Shown: positions 1 to 14,345, counted from the stretch's first letter. The stretch: 64,000 nucleotides of DNA from Azolla caroliniana (GCA_043228905.1 JBHGNT010000002.1:3782001-3846000); one strand, 5' to 3'. Numbers and translations: made by a program. Notes: generated by a model not told the origin, from the letters alone.

Positions 1-3000
1 TGTGAGTAATAAGTATAAATCCCCCGAGTTACGTCACAATCCAAGCATCTCCTTGTATCACGATATTCCTCATCATACAAATTGGTTTGTATGGTTGGGT
101 TCATTTCTCATTGTGTGCGTGTGGCTGCGTTATACAATGAGTTTGACAAATCCTTTGTAACTTTGTCTAGAGGTGCGAAAGGATCCAATTCTAGAATGCA
201 ATTATATATTCCACAACAATACACATCAACTGTTTACCCAATAAATTGGTATTTAGCCAATCCACTATCCTTATTAGCATATATCCCTTGTACATCCATC
301 CTTCACCTCAAAGCATATATACATGATCCACTGCCAAGCCAATAGGTCTACCCAATATAGTGCATTTTGTTATTTCAAGCATAAGAGACATAGATATCCC
401 ATCAAGTAATCAACTATGTTTGCACTTCCTTTGGGATTCCAACATTTCAAATCATCTAATTTAGGCCATTATGACAAACCATGTTATATATCACAAATCC
501 ATGCGCACTTCCCTAGGCTAGAAAGTGTTTGCCATATTGTGTTACTTCACTCATGTCTTGATCTTGTCGCTTTACTTCTTCCGTAATAACTTCTCCATAC
601 ATAGCCTCATTGGTTGTCAAACAGAGTTGTTTGTTCATCCTTGGTTTAGTCATGATAGATTTGCACATTGAAGTCTCCTAGTATATCATGCATAACAACA
701 AATCTTATGGTATCATCATTTAAATAATAGATATGATGATTCTCTAAGAGGTTTAAATCTTGGAAAGTAACAAATCGCAATGTATTGTTGCCTTAAGTCC
801 CTTCTTTTGATTTGTATCCACATATAGTATGCATTTACACCTTATGCACAACATGCCCTCTATCATGAAGCTCTTTTCTTGACAACCCTAAACCCTATAT
901 TTTTTTCCACACTTCAAAGCTTTTTTCTTTTCCATATCCATAAATCGGAGGGTCAAGGTATTAGCTCTAGACTCATCCCTTCTTACTCTCTAGGCCAAAG
1001 CAAATGGAATATCTAATGCCCCCCCATATTTGTTCTAAGATTCTTGGTATCTGCTTGTGAGCTTCCTTTTTTAGCCTGACCAACCACTCATACATGTAAG
1101 ACATAAGCCTTCCTTTTGGTTTCTTCTTCAAATGTAGCATTTGTGATTTCCATATTATCCACTAATGTTCCTTTTTGCCTTTTCATCACCTCTATCCAGG
1201 TAGAATTAGCTTTAATTTCTTTGAGAGTATGCTCATCTTGAGCTTTGGCACTTTGGCCATCTCTACCCATGTTTGTATTTCCTTTCACAGTGTCTTTTAT
1301 TTTTGATGCAAATGGTCATTAACACTCCCTCCTTCCATGAATTCTATTTTTTGATCGAATGAAACGTCATGAGAATCTTTCAGATAACAAGTACAAACAC
1401 AAAATGTAGTCAACAAAAATTAATCCAAATATTATCACTTCTAACAATACATAAATTGGGAGGTCGGGCGACATTATTGTGGCGAATTTTCCTAAACTAT
1501 AGAGATGCATTTTTCCACATCTTTGTGTCTTGTTAAATTGACTTTAATAGCTATAGTTCGATCTTATTTGAGGATATTTCATTCTATAGGTACAATGACA
1601 TGTCATCTTTAAGCCCTTAAGTTTGATTTCTTTATGAGACTTCTGATGTCTTTTTATAGGCATCCAACTCTTTTTCTGTTTCTCTAACTCCTTTTGCCTT
1701 TCCTCTTTTAAAGTTCCTTCAATGTCGTCTCTCATACTGATACATTTGATATGTTGCATAATCTAATGATTTAAGATATCACTTTTCCCTTTTTCAACAT
1801 TTAATGGAACTTGCATTTTCAGTGGCTTGTGCACTCTTCCGACACCACTTAGGTGCTCCAAACTCACCCTTTTCTAAATCTATGGTATCTTATTGGGGTC
1901 TTCTATATATTTGGACCATCTTTATGCCTATTGTAATCCATATCTTCATTCCTTGTCCATTTGAGATCCATGGTATTCTAAAGCTTGGATAGCGAGTGCA
2001 AGGATTAGGTTAAAGAAATGCAAAGCATAGAGGGAGGAACGCAAAGATTAAGGTGATTGTAGAGATTAGGCAAAGTTTTTTGCAATTGTATTTGAAATAC
2101 ATTAGTTTTATGGTTGTGTGTATCCTTCCTAGGAAAGGATGTTCATACTTCGAAGCACAAAGTCTTTATGTGTGAATAAGGTATACACACATGAGCTCAA
2201 CCTTCTAGGTGTTCTCCTTAGTGTGACACTCAAAAGCATCACCCCCACTTAATATGTCCTCATAACTTTCACAAGTTGCACTATATTCAGAGCATGTAAA
2301 AAGAAAGTGACTCGCATTCTCTACTGGATCATCCTTCCATACCTTACATGCCGTTCTATTTGGTAATTTTGATGCCATAATGCAATTGCAATACCAAGCT
2401 TGTCTAATTGGCTGCAAAGGAGTGTTAGGGCTCTACTAGAGTTAATACTCATGAGTAATGAGATATGGTTAAACACGATCAATAAGCCTTCTTGCCTTAT
2501 ATTGAACCCAAAATTCATGGTTGATGTTTGCTATGTAACATTCTAGTTTTGTCCTTTTAGCATCTTCCCACTTCTTCCTTGTGGTTATGTTAACCTTCCC
2601 CCATGCTTAACCCCATTTGACTTAGTATTCTACAAATCTATTCTTAGTTTTTGGTTAGCATATAGCTCGCTAATTTAATTGTGCAATAGTAACTTGATGC
2701 TCTATTGACATGCCAATTTCCACCATTCTATTCCTAAGGTTACTTCATGCCACTATATCCAAAAACATTTAAAGTCAACAAAACAACAATAGAGTGTCTT
2801 TCCCAACTTTCGTAAATAATTACTCTTAATGTAATCAAATGATCCACATTGGAGTGTTCTGTTCTATAACTTCCTTGCCCAAGTGCTTGTTTGTTTCAAC
2901 TTTTGCTCCATGCACTTACCTTTTGCTCCATGATAGTGTTACGGCTCAATAAAAGTTTAGCTCACCATGTTTGCGCAATAATTTGATACCTCATTTTTAT

Positions 3001-3944
3001 CTCATGCATTGAAAATTGCGTTATTAATCCAATTCATGAGCCAATGATTTGGCAAACCTTGTTTAATGGCTTGATCTATAATATTCATTATTCAATGACA
3101 AGTACATGGCATTGTCCATTTTAAGAGCTCAATTGTAAAGACTGTTACATTTGCTACTTTGCCATTAGCCATCTTTTTTGTTCCCTTATTGACATCTTCA
3201 ATATCAATGCATGTATTACAAGGTATTTCAATGTTCTCAACCATAGGAGTCACTCCTTCGTGTATATTTAGCCTTTACACATATTCTAACATCTCCTCAT
3301 TTTTAAATTCACCTTTTGTGTCTTCCTTCTTACCAATGAGTTGTCTCCAATATGTTTTAGTTCGAGCTTAAACAACTTTTTCTTTTTTTGTTTTGTGTAT
3401 TTAGAAGTATTGTCTTTTCTTTCTCCTCACTACCTTTTTATATCGGTGCCATGCCATGGCCTGTTCACTTTTCCCTACTTCAAAGGGACTTCAAACTTAT
3501 ATAGTTTGAGATACATCTTACATTCCTACTAAAACCAAGAATTACAAACTAAATCTTTTATGTCCACCAACATGCATTTCAAACTATTGATATCCTACCT
3601 CAAGAATGACATCTTTCAAATGTCTCAAATTTTCTTTATCATTACCTAAAGAGAGCTTTGACAAATGGTTCTCAACTACTTTTGTATATATCCTAGCTTT
3701 ATTGTCACTAGGTCGAATGATGTATCTTCTTTCATATTTCACTTTACCACATTTGTTGATGTAGTGTGAGAATGTAAGATCAAAGCACAAGGGCTTGTTG
3801 TCTAAGTAAGGGGATAGATGACCCATCTTAAATGCATTAACCATGGATAGATCACATGCCTTCATTAGTACTAACCTACTACAGATCCTCCACTTGAGGC
3901 TAGTAAACATGTGAGTGCAATCGTTAAAGAAAAAACATTTATAC

Positions 3945-4410
3945 TGTAGAGAATCGATGGTGATTCTTGTGCAGCGAAATAGATGTGCGTTATGTGCGTA
4001 TATGTGTGAGAGAAAAAGAGAGGAGATAAAAGAGAACTCAAGATAGATAAATGAGAGAAAATTAGAATACTCAAGAAGAAGGTGTATATTTCACAAGTAG
4101 AATAAGATTTACAAAATGTAGCATAACAAGGAGTCACAACTGACTTAGTATAAAGTGTGAGGAGGGTGCTTATATATAGTCACCATCTCTCTTCATTAAC
4201 TAACTACAACAACCACTCTCTCTCTTGGGGAATATGAAGACTCATAGTCATGGGGAATATATAACTTATTAGTTATGTGTCATAGAATATGATTCTATGA
4301 CACATAGTTAATGTGTAGAGAGTAGTGGTGTGACTCTTGACCTTTGAGTAATCATAGATTCTCAAAAGGTGTGTTCACACGTTGCACTATGTTGAGCTTG
4401 ATTCTCAACA
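3945..4410 (-). mobile_element. Solo LTR related to the copia LTRs at 26.5 and 31.4 kb
   Basis: Minus strand starts TGTTGAGAATCAAGCTCAA and ends GATTCTCTACA, matching both ends of the copia 5' LTR. Perfect 5-bp TSD TATAC at 3940-3944 and 4411-4415. Confidence 0.9.
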
Positions 4411-4848
4411 TATACCATGTAAGACAATCAAGTTTGTGTAGTGAAGCATATCTATATGAATTCTTCCTTAATCTATCACAATACAATCCTTTATGAGTTA
4501 CATAATAGACGATCCGCTATATTTTCTTTTGATATCTCCATATTTTGGTTTTTTGCAAGTCTCGCATTAAAATTTCCCATAATCAACACTTTACCAAGCT
4601 TCTAAAAAACAAGTACATCTTGACATAAGTCTCTGAAGGGATGGTCAAATTCCAACCAAAATCTACTATAGTAGTTTGACTCTTTATGAGGAATCTAGCA
4701 TTTTGTTATGCAAAGGTTTTCTTTACTCAATTTAATCTCAAACCATTGGTATTGCTTATAATCATCATACTTACATAACTTTATATAATTATCCAAGCTC
4801 TCATGGTAAATGCATGTTACCACGACACATCTAAAATTCTCTTTGGAG

Positions 4849-5450
4849 CATAGTTCTAGCCATACGTCCCATTCGTGTCATACTCAAACGCCAATATTCG
4901 TATCATACTCATACGTGAAAAGGCTCCAAGTATGATTGAAATCCATACGCGGTACATAGATATATTATATATACATATGGTGTATATGGTGTACATAGTG
5001 TGTGTGTGTGTGAGGGGGAGAGAGAGAGAGAGAGAGCGTGTGTGGTCTAGAGAGAGAAGCCTTGTTTTGCATGTGTGAGGAGACAATGATTGTGTGAGGA
5101 GACAGTGATTGAGTGTATATCTAGACTCTAGAAAGAGAGAGAGAGAGAGAGGAGCTATGGGTTTTGTCTGTGTGAGGGAGTATGTAATATGTATATTAGA
5201 TATCTAGATTTTGTAGAGAGAGAAAATCTGTCAGTTCTCGTGTGAGTCTTGAGAGAGAGAGTGTGTGTGTATGTGTGTCAGATGTCACTTCTATTCACAA
5301 AATATTATGAATATCAAAAATTAAAAAAACCAAAAAAAAGTCAAAAAAAGAAAAAAAAAAGCCAAACGAATATCGCGTATCATACGCGTACGTTTGCAAA
5401 CGTTCGCGTACGTCCAGTAAATTGGACGTACGCGAATATTAGGAACTATG
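4849..5450. mobile_element. hAT-type non-autonomous element (MITE)
   Basis: TIRs CATAGTTC(C)TA / TAGGAACTATG; perfect 8-bp TSD CTTTGGAG (4841-4848, 5451-5458); subterminal TACG/CGTA motifs; internal GA/GT microsatellites. Confidence 0.9.
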
Positions 5451-6177
5451 CTTTGGAGTGAGGCCAGATCAATCTTATAAGGTAACCGTCTATCTAAGGT
5501 ATGTGGTTTGCATCATTTTCCCTAGTTTTAGCCAAAAATATAATGTTAATACCTTGAGCTACATGATTTAGTCCTAACCCCCTCTTCAATGGATATCCTC
5601 TACAATTCTACATCCAGTATATGGGTCATCACTTGCTGCACATTTTGAATTCCTTTCCTAGATGCATATGCTTGCTTTCTACGTTCTTGCTCTTTTGGAG
5701 TTTGATCCTCCGTTATAAAGTAACTTGTACCCTTGAGATACACCCTACTACGTTATAAAATGATAGGTCTTTTGCGTTCAGCTAGGAATGTACAAATTTA
5801 TGTAGCATTTATAGTAACATTTCACACAACAAAACAATCTTTGAAGAATTTTGTAATATTCTCTACAAGAGAAAGTGTTGTAGTGTTTTAATTCATTGCA
5901 AGATTTGCATGTACTATGGTTTTTGGTGCTTCTCTTAAGAGAACATCTTTCCACTTTGTCAAGGTCACATCTTCCTTTGCATGTAGATTTCATTTTAACA
6001 TGTGTTCATTAGCATCTCTTTTTCTTCCTCTAGATTTAGCATTTTACTTTTGATTTCAAGCATCCAATTATTTTGTACTTCAAACATATTTTCCATTGCA
6101 ACATATACTATATGTAAGTATATACTTTCTTTGCAAGCATAGACTTCGTTTTGCAAATTCATAACTATCCCTTAGCT

Positions 6178-6598
6178 AGAGAGAGAGAGAGAGACCATCC
6201 ATGAGAGAGTGACTATGATCTATGAGATGGGGCCTAGGCCTTGGCAATGATCACACTCTTACGTTCTCAACTTTATGACTTTGATGCTTTGGTGTAAACC
6301 ACCAAGGAAAGAGAGAGAGAGAGAGAGAGACCATCCATGAGAGAGTGACTATGATCTATGAGATGGGGCCTATCCCATGGCAAGGATCAAACTCTTAAGT
6401 TCTCAACTTAATGACTTTGATGCTATAGTGTAAACCACCAAGCAAAGAGAGAGAGAGAGAGAGAGATTATATTATTGTCTTCAGAGGTCAAATTTGACCT
6501 ATGAGATCAAGACTAAAGCCTGGTAACGTTTGAGTGCATACAAAGGGGTACAAGCAAGGTTTGAGCCTTGCACCTCCGAGAGAGAGAGAGAGAGAGAG
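6178..6598 (-). mobile_element. Three head-to-tail short tRNA-like SINEs separated by (GA)n tracts
   Basis: Two near-identical ~116-bp bodies (6195-6310, 6331-6446) with A-box-like GCTTGGTGGT and B-box-like GAGTTTGATCC on the minus strand. A third, different body (6467-6577) has a T-arm-like stem-loop GCAAGG-CTCAAA-CCTTGC. Each ends in (TC)n on the minus strand. Confidence 0.65.
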
Positions 6599-7095
6599 CA
6601 TGTGTAAAAGATCATAGTAGTCTATGAAAATTGACAAATGTTAAAACCAAATGTCTTGAAATCTAATGAATCAAAGAAAATTATCACAAATACCACAAGG
6701 TGCTCTTCCTAATCAAAGCATTAGGTGTTCTTAGTAACAAGATGGAGAAACCTTGGTCGCAATATGATGAAAAAATCAAATTCCGCGTCAAACTGAAGAT
6801 AAACAATGCCATGTTTTGCTGGCATAAAAGGAGAAAGGAACATTCATGTAAATATGTTTTGAAAACTACTCTTACACAAACAAACACATTATCAATTCTC
6901 AATTACTAGAATTTGCTACAAGCCAGAGTTTGTTTTTGAAGACTGATTAAGCTCCAAGTGTTCTGGTGTGAGAAAATAAATGGACAAATTAATGCACATG
7001 TACAAGAATGATATGCTAGTAGATAGTTTGATATCATCCAAAGAACGCTAAAACAATTAGCATTATATCTATTTTGCAAAAGGATAGACTAATTT

Positions 7096-10000
7096 TTAAT
7101 CGCCCTCGTGTTTAGGGGCTGGCAAGTTTCCACTTTTCATACGTTCTCGTGCCGCGGCAAACATCCTTTGTTGTTCAGCGACAGCTTCTTCCTCTGTCAT
7201 CTCCATGCTATCTTTTCCCCATTTTCCCCCACCTTTTGGCGAATCCTGTATATGTAGGCATGTATATATATTATAAGAAAAAAGCACCATAAAATCAACT
7301 CAAGGATAGATATTGTACACATTATCTATATGTATACATTGCAAGAAAAAGCACCATAAAATCAACTGAAGGAGAGATGATGTGACATAAGAAAGAGTCA
7401 TCATGAGATTCCAAGAATCAAATACCTTGATTAGGTAACGCAATGCGTTATTAAAATCTGAACAATAGTTAAGCTATGTGTGGTGTGTAATTCATGTCTT
7501 TTGCTTCATTAATCCCCAGTCTAAATGTTTTCTGTATTTTGCTTAATAATCTGAAAACCCCTAGAATCAAACACCTTGATTGGGTAAAATGAATGAGACT
7601 GATCAAGATCTGGGCTATAATGAAGCAATTCGCAATATGTAATTAGTATTTTTCTAGTTGGTGCTCATGACTAGATTAATTGATATCTTATCAATAAATG
7701 ATTATATAACTTAACTAGCATATTTGATTCTAGGTCGTTTTCTGATGAGTCAAGAAAAAAGTGTGGCATTTTGGGAAGACAAAAAATAAAGTGGCTTTTG
7801 GCAAATAAACTTGAAATGAAAAGAATTTTCTTAAACTTACGAACACTTAATAAACTTACAAGATTTACAACATAATCAACTGACTAGATTTAAAATAAAC
7901 ATGAACCTAAAAAATAAAATAAGCAATTGAACTTACAATAGACAATTCACTAGATTAAATACATAATTAAACTTACCAAAGTATCTCTTCTATGCTCCTC
8001 TAGGGCAATTTGGACCTCATCCAAGTAGTCTCCAAATCCCAATACCTATTTAAATCAGAAATCTTATGAAATTAATCTTCTGTCTACAGAAATCTAAGAT
8101 TAAGATGTTTATTCGGTTTGTCTCTCCCTGCAAATATGTACACTATAGACCATTGCAATATATGGTCACTTTCCAATGCCAAAACACAAAAAGAAAATAT
8201 GAGATACAAATTTCAAATGATGTACACGATTGTCAACAGCCATGGTCTTAATCAATGTCTTATATGCCCTTATAAATAATGTAAAAGACTCAACAAAACA
8301 TTTATGCTGACACATATGAGTTACCAATACCATGCTAAATGATCTTTAGCGAAGCACAGGACCAAATACTCTCTATGAATATAACAAAATGTGCTTCCCT
8401 AGCTATGTTGTTAACAGTCATAGGATGCAATGTGTGACAATAAAGTATATTTAAGTATTTTAAGACTTATATCATACACGATAATGAAAATAGGGTGAAA
8501 ATAAAATCCAATCAATAAATTTAAGCATAAAAATATCCCAATATTAAGACTAGATCAAAAGCAAACAAAATGCTACAATCAATAAAGTAGCTGTAATTTA
8601 AAATGTTTATTTAAAACATACAACAAATATTCTATGTAAACAAGTTCATGATGAACATCCCTTAGATGATCCCTAGAACTTTCTCGTGGAGTTTGCATGT
8701 CGTCCCTATATGAGAGCACATAGACATACATATGGATGATGCTATGCTGCAAGCTTCGATTTTTCTTAACAGATTCAAGATTTCTTCGATGTCATCAGTA
8801 TTTAAAACAATATTCAGACTTCATATAGTAGCATCTCAATTGAAATAACTACATTTTATATTCATCAACCTTATAAATATGGTGTACAATGAAAATGTGT
8901 TACCTGCAAAGCTCTTAAAACGTGTTCAGGAGCTATCGTCCTCTTTTCTTCCTTACTACAAATCTCATTTGATTCTGACGATATAAGGTTGATAAATTCT
9001 ACAAATTGAAAAGAGGGAAAGTCAAAACTAGTTGAATTGAGAGTAAGAATTAGTTTGCATCACCAGAATTGAGTTTCACAAAGAATCTTCCTACAATAAA
9101 TATTCAAACATACCAACACAACATTCAACAAGTAGATCTTGTGCATCTCGTGCTACTCGTACATGTCGTGGAAGCATCTCCTTGATAATTTTTGTCATTG
9201 TTGCTATAAATAAGAAGAACAGCAGGTATTAATATTTTCAAACTTAAGTCTCTAGATCTAGATGGAACTTTAAATTGATCCAATCCAAAATAAGCAAAAC
9301 ACATTTGATCACTCAAAAACATAATAGTTATTTAAACGATTACAAATAGCACTATTGAGATCCTCAGCTAGTCTATTTCAATTATTAATGAAACAAAATA
9401 CTTACTTGTTCCAGTATTTGTAATCAATCTTTAAGCTACATGTGCTATATTGGGGCCAGGGTTGCATACTAACGCCCTTGACCCTCATAGAGCCCATATT
9501 TCAAGATATTGTAACCTCTCAAATAAATTATGCTCTTCGTTTTTAGAAAGACTTTCATAATTAATTTATAAACAGAAACACAAGCTCCAGTAACGTAACT
9601 TACTTCAGAAACTACTGATCTCACAAATTACAACTTTTAATTCTCGCATTCAGAGCACTTAGATAATGAACTCATATGGTGAATAGATTGGCAACCACCT
9701 CATTGGCACAGTGCTACCTGAAGTGCTTAAACTAATGCAAATTAACCTAAAACGTTGGTGCGCTTTTCATATTGTGTGCTCAAGGTTCACACGCCCCACT
9801 TACGAAAATTGGGTAGTCAAGGAAAATCTACAAAGATTTTAGTTGCCAGATCATTCCTTGTATGGCTTGAAAGTTGACAGGCATATGTTATTACAATCAA
9901 TAACGACCTTAACCTTCATTGACTGATCTATGTTTGTCATTGCTTACCCTAATTCCAGGGATCACATGATGGAACCAATAATATATAAACCTTTAAGACC

Positions 10001-10498
10001 AAAAGTTTCTATACCACCAGCATGTGTGCAAAATGTTATCCAATTCTGATATAAGCTTCAATTGATATAGCAATTCTAATAGAAAAACTACAATTTCTTG
10101 TAGGATGCATTCAAATTGGAGGATTTCCCTCTGGAACCTGCATCAAACAAAAGACTTTCAAATTGGAATTTTTATCCATACAAGATCATGCCACATGCTT
10201 AAGAGACATGTATTTCTCATCCTCTTCTATCTGCTTGTGTGAAAGGCCCTTTTCCTGTCTCATCGCATAGAATTACTAATCTTCCAAACATATTTATGTA
10301 TTTCCATAAATATCTACTTAAAAGACCTTAAAATGTAACGTAAACTAAAGTATATACATGCCTATTAAAAAACATACTCAACTTAGATCATTATGTATTT
10401 TTATTGAACATGCACGTCACTGGTGTGGAAACATTTTGAGGCATACCTTTTGGAAGTGATACATCTTCCTTCCCCCTTCCTACTAAAGATGACTCCAG
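7096..10498 (-). CDS. DR1: NC2 beta / Dr1 (histone-fold TBP-associated negative cofactor 2 beta), ~151 aa; exons 10498-10447, 9203-9114, 8998-8904, 8045-7977, 7245-7096
   Basis: Spliced translation LESSLVGRGKEDVSLPKATMTKIIKEMLPRHVRVARDAQDLLVECCVEFINLISSESNEICSKEEKRTIAPEHVLRALQVLGFGDY...MTEEEAVAEQQRMFAAARERM matches plant Dr1. All introns are GT-AG and the total is 456 nt. The start codon is uncertain (CTG; see findings). Confidence 0.93.
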
Positions 10499-12281
10499 TT
10501 TGATCGAACAACTGGCAAAAAGCTCAAGGTTACCAGAGTTAATAAGTTTCAAAAGAGAACAATAGGAATCAGATGGCTAAATTTGTGCAAGCCTCTAAAA
10601 CAAATTTGAACTTACTCATTCCTTACACACATGCACATGCACATGCACAAGCACATAAGTATGCTTTTTTTGTTTGTTATTTATTTATATTTGTATATTA
10701 ATATCATTCATGATCCAGCACAAATTGCATCTCATTAAGAGAGTTACTTTAAATGAGAGTAGCCTTGCAAAGATGGGGTTGGCATAACAAGGCTCACTTA
10801 TAAGACTAGTTGAAATGTGACCTAACATTACGTCTATGTGAATCTTATAGAATTCTGTAAAAATAAAGCAATATTAAATTGTACCTAAACCAGGCACCAT
10901 CCTCATGTAACTAAGCTGGGATCAGAGTGCAATGATTTGTATAGGAATCACGGGTACAAGTGATTTTAAGGATACAATGTACAAATATATATTTATATCA
11001 AGGAGAAGTAGAATATGAGTGGATTGGACCAACACATGAATGCTCTAATAGAATGATGTTGTATGATATCAATGTCCTCCGCAGTGAATTGCATGGGAAT
11101 TGTGTTTGATCTCAAGCAATGATACTATGTGTCCTCCAATGTAGGATATATCTTATTTGCAATAATCATGTATCCCTGAGCATCCACCAGAGATCTCTCC
11201 ATCTATTTCCACCCATCAGAGGTGCCTCCAGATCTGTAATGACGGTTCAAACTACTCCCCCAAATCTGCAGTACACATAGAATTGTAGGGGTAGCAAGAG
11301 CACCATATAGCCACAATTGAATACATGGCATGTGGAACTGAGTCAGTACCTACATCTCTCTAGTTCCTGCAGTCATGTTTGGGCAATAAATAATCGTCAA
11401 ATCTATAAATGGTCAGGAGTATTTTAAAGGTAGGGGCCATCATCATGTGAAAAAGTCTGAAATTAGCATTCATAATGCTAGCATTATAGAATTTGGAATA
11501 TAAGGTGTTGTTTCTCTATGGTACAAAGGGAGAAACAAGGGCAGTTGCAGGGAGGAGCAATCAGAAGAACTTGACTTATGTTAGTGCTACGATCAGCAAA
11601 GATGCAGAATGAAAGAAAGATCAATTAATATCTCTAAAAAACTATGTCTACAAAACCTACAAAATATTAGAACTGCTTACATTAACTCATCAACGCACAT
11701 AAAGAAAGAAAAATATGTTTTGATCTAACTTCCCAAAATGAACAAGTCAAATATATGTACTCAGGAGTAGCTGATACCAAGCAAGCTTGTTATCTGATTA
11801 CTTAAACTGAATCTCTGCTGTCTGGAAAATATGCCTCTGATGCACTGTTATGATGATGGCTTTGATCGTATGTAGATGTGCACATCAGGGTCATGGTCCG
11901 AACTGGAGTGGACATCAAGATTGGCATTTGAAACACCAGAGTAGGAATATATTCTCTTTCCATAGACCATACCATCTTCAAAGAAAGCTCGTAATCTCAT
12001 TATATTCTTTGATTTCTGGAATCCCATCATCAACCAGTATATTCAGCTTACTTTATCTTAGAGACTAGAGCATGTCAATACAACAATCAATTGAAGAAAG
12101 ATTGGCATTAGATATGCCATACTCAGATTCTCTTAGAGTTATCAATGTCTTCCTAAACTAGTTCTTAAACACTAGATTTTGCTCATTTTCTCCTTTGTAG
12201 TTTCTTTACAATCAACACCCTCCTCTTGTTCTCATGGTTTCTCCTTCCTTCCGTGACATCCACTAAACTTCTAGGTTGAAC

Positions 12282-12634
12282 CATAGTTGTTACATTGCAT
12301 ATTATATGTTTAGAATACTCTGAAGTATTCTACATGTATTCGGTGTTTTAGAACTTTTATTTAAAAATGTTCCACGTGTTCTATGTATTCTACATATTTA
12401 ACAAGTATTTAACATTTCCAAAGAACTAAAAAATATATATATCCTTTTTCAAAAATTTTAAAATTTAAGAAGTATTTAACGTATTCTCCACATCTTTAAT
12501 GCATTTTATCTGTAGAATACATATTCAAGAAAAAGATAGAATACTTAGCATATGTATTTTATGCCTATTGTATGCTAAGCTAGTATTCTACAACTAAGGT
12601 TCTCATTCTGTATGTTAAGTATTCTACAACTATG
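12282..12634. mobile_element. Degenerate hAT-like MITE in the NC2beta 5' intron
   Basis: TIRs CATAGTTGT / ACAACTATG; imperfect 8-bp flanks GGTTGAAC / GTTGCAAC; many TATTCTA/TAGAATA subterminal repeats. Confidence 0.65.
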
Positions 12635-13925
12635 GTTGCAACTACCTAAAAAATATTGAGGATGCTAAATTTCCTCTCCCTTTTCTTTCTCTTTAAAGAG
12701 TGGTTCTTTAAGCCAGAGTTACAAAGTATCTTCTTGCTAAGAACAGTGGTTTGACCTTCTCACTTTTCAGCCTTTTTAGTGGTTTTGATTTGCATGAAGT
12801 TCAATAACCCCCCAAACTCAACGGACAGACACTTAAATCACTAAACTCACGAATTCGAATGGTAGTTCAACTGTCTAGTTTTTCACCTTTTGGAGAGATC
12901 ACTAGTAAATTTCTCTGGATCTCTGGATTTCTTCACAAAGCTCTCACTATGGGGTCCTGAGAGCCTCCACAAGCCACTTCTCATGGATCTCGGCCATATA
13001 ATGAGCCGCGTTTCTACCTCTCAGGCACCACTTGTGTTATTTCAAGGGTATTCAAAGCCAATTCTTGATAGAAGGCACCTTGATCAGCACATCCAAACAG
13101 GCAGTTTTTGAAAAAGAAATATGTTTGCTCCCCAAACTCACCATAAGGAAAATCAGACAGGCTTCAAGAAATTCAGAAGAACTGCATGAAAATACCATTA
13201 GGATTCTTAAAGTATACACTTAAGATAGATCTAGAACCAGAACCACCATAAGAAGAAAACTTCATTATTCATGTAATAGGACAGTTTTTATTTTTGCCAT
13301 CATCTACTGCCGATCCCTAGGATCATAGTTTTATGTACAGAATGATTGACTTTTCAAAGACTTTAAATGATAAATTCACAAATGGATTTATTGCTGATTG
13401 ATCAATGACTGACAAAGGTTGGTTACTGCTGTAACAAAGATAAAAGGAATGAGTATTCTCAAAATACTCGTAGTTTGCACCATGAACAAGAAAGTTCCAA
13501 CTTCAAAGGAAGATACTTTAATCACTACGATTATGAGTTTCAATGATAGTTTGAGCTTCAGGCTTTTCAACATTTGTGGTCATGATTTGCATTACACCCA
13601 AGAAGGCCTCCAACTTAAAACGCAAATGCTTTAATCACTGTTATAAAATCACTTACTTCCTTAGTGGCATTCCCCTGAGGCTCCCTATTGATAATCCAGA
13701 CACAACGAAGAGATATAGGTACAGGCTTTTATTCCTAGGAATTTTGTCCCATTGACCATGTCTTCAGAATCCTCTTCCTATTCTTTATCTTCATACTTTG
13801 GGACACAACATCATCACCATCAAAATATGTCGCTTATAGATGAGAATTCCCATATTCCCATATTGAAAAATGAGTAAATTCTCATGCGATTCACACAACT
13901 CCAAGGCTTGAACCTTGATTGTGCA

Positions 13926-13928
<3 letters not shown>

Positions 13929-13996
<68 letters not shown>
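13929..13996. repeat. (TC)n microsatellite
   Basis: About 33 perfect TC units. Confidence 0.98.
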
Positions 13997-14345
13997 ACAA
14001 TGTCTATGCAAGTTTCTTTTATTTTCTTCTTGTGTCTTTTTCTTTTATTCCTTTTCTTCTTTTAGGGAACTAGATTCAAAAGCAAAGCACATTTCCTGTT
14101 CTTGTATTACTCTTCGATTTGAGGAGATGAACATAAGCAGAGCAGTTAATAAGGCTTTCATACAGGTAAAGGTCAAAGAAACAGCCATTTCAAAAGATGG
14201 AAATACATCGCCTCTATCTTTCTATCTCGGGGGGGGGAAGACTGCTATGAACCGGAGATAAAAAGCAATAAAAAAGAAATAAAAAAAGAAAATAACAGAA
14301 ACAAAATAAGAAGAGAGAAAGGAAGGGAAGAAAAGAGGAACATAC

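Larger units (their letters stand above)
2100..6170 (-). mobile_element. Degenerate LINE (ORF1 + ORF2 remnants), interrupted by a solo LTR and a hAT MITE; boundaries approximate
   Basis: Minus-strand remnants occur in LINE order: ORF1-like RVYLKGTSYFITEDQTPKEQERR (~5660-5750), endonuclease motif VLIMGNFNAR (~4560-4590), RT-like segment (~2800-3100) and C-terminal Cys/His knuckle CKVW..ENASHFLFTC (~2290-2350). Many stops and frameshifts. Confidence 0.75.

Noticed and set aside
1-2050. Possible decayed LTR-retroelement sequence with a PBS-like site near 1460-1478
   Set aside because: No recognisable domain motif or LTR pair is visible within the window.
12650-13780. Possible L1 ORF1 remnant in the NC2beta 5' intron
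   Set aside because: There is only vague motif similarity, which is not supportable.
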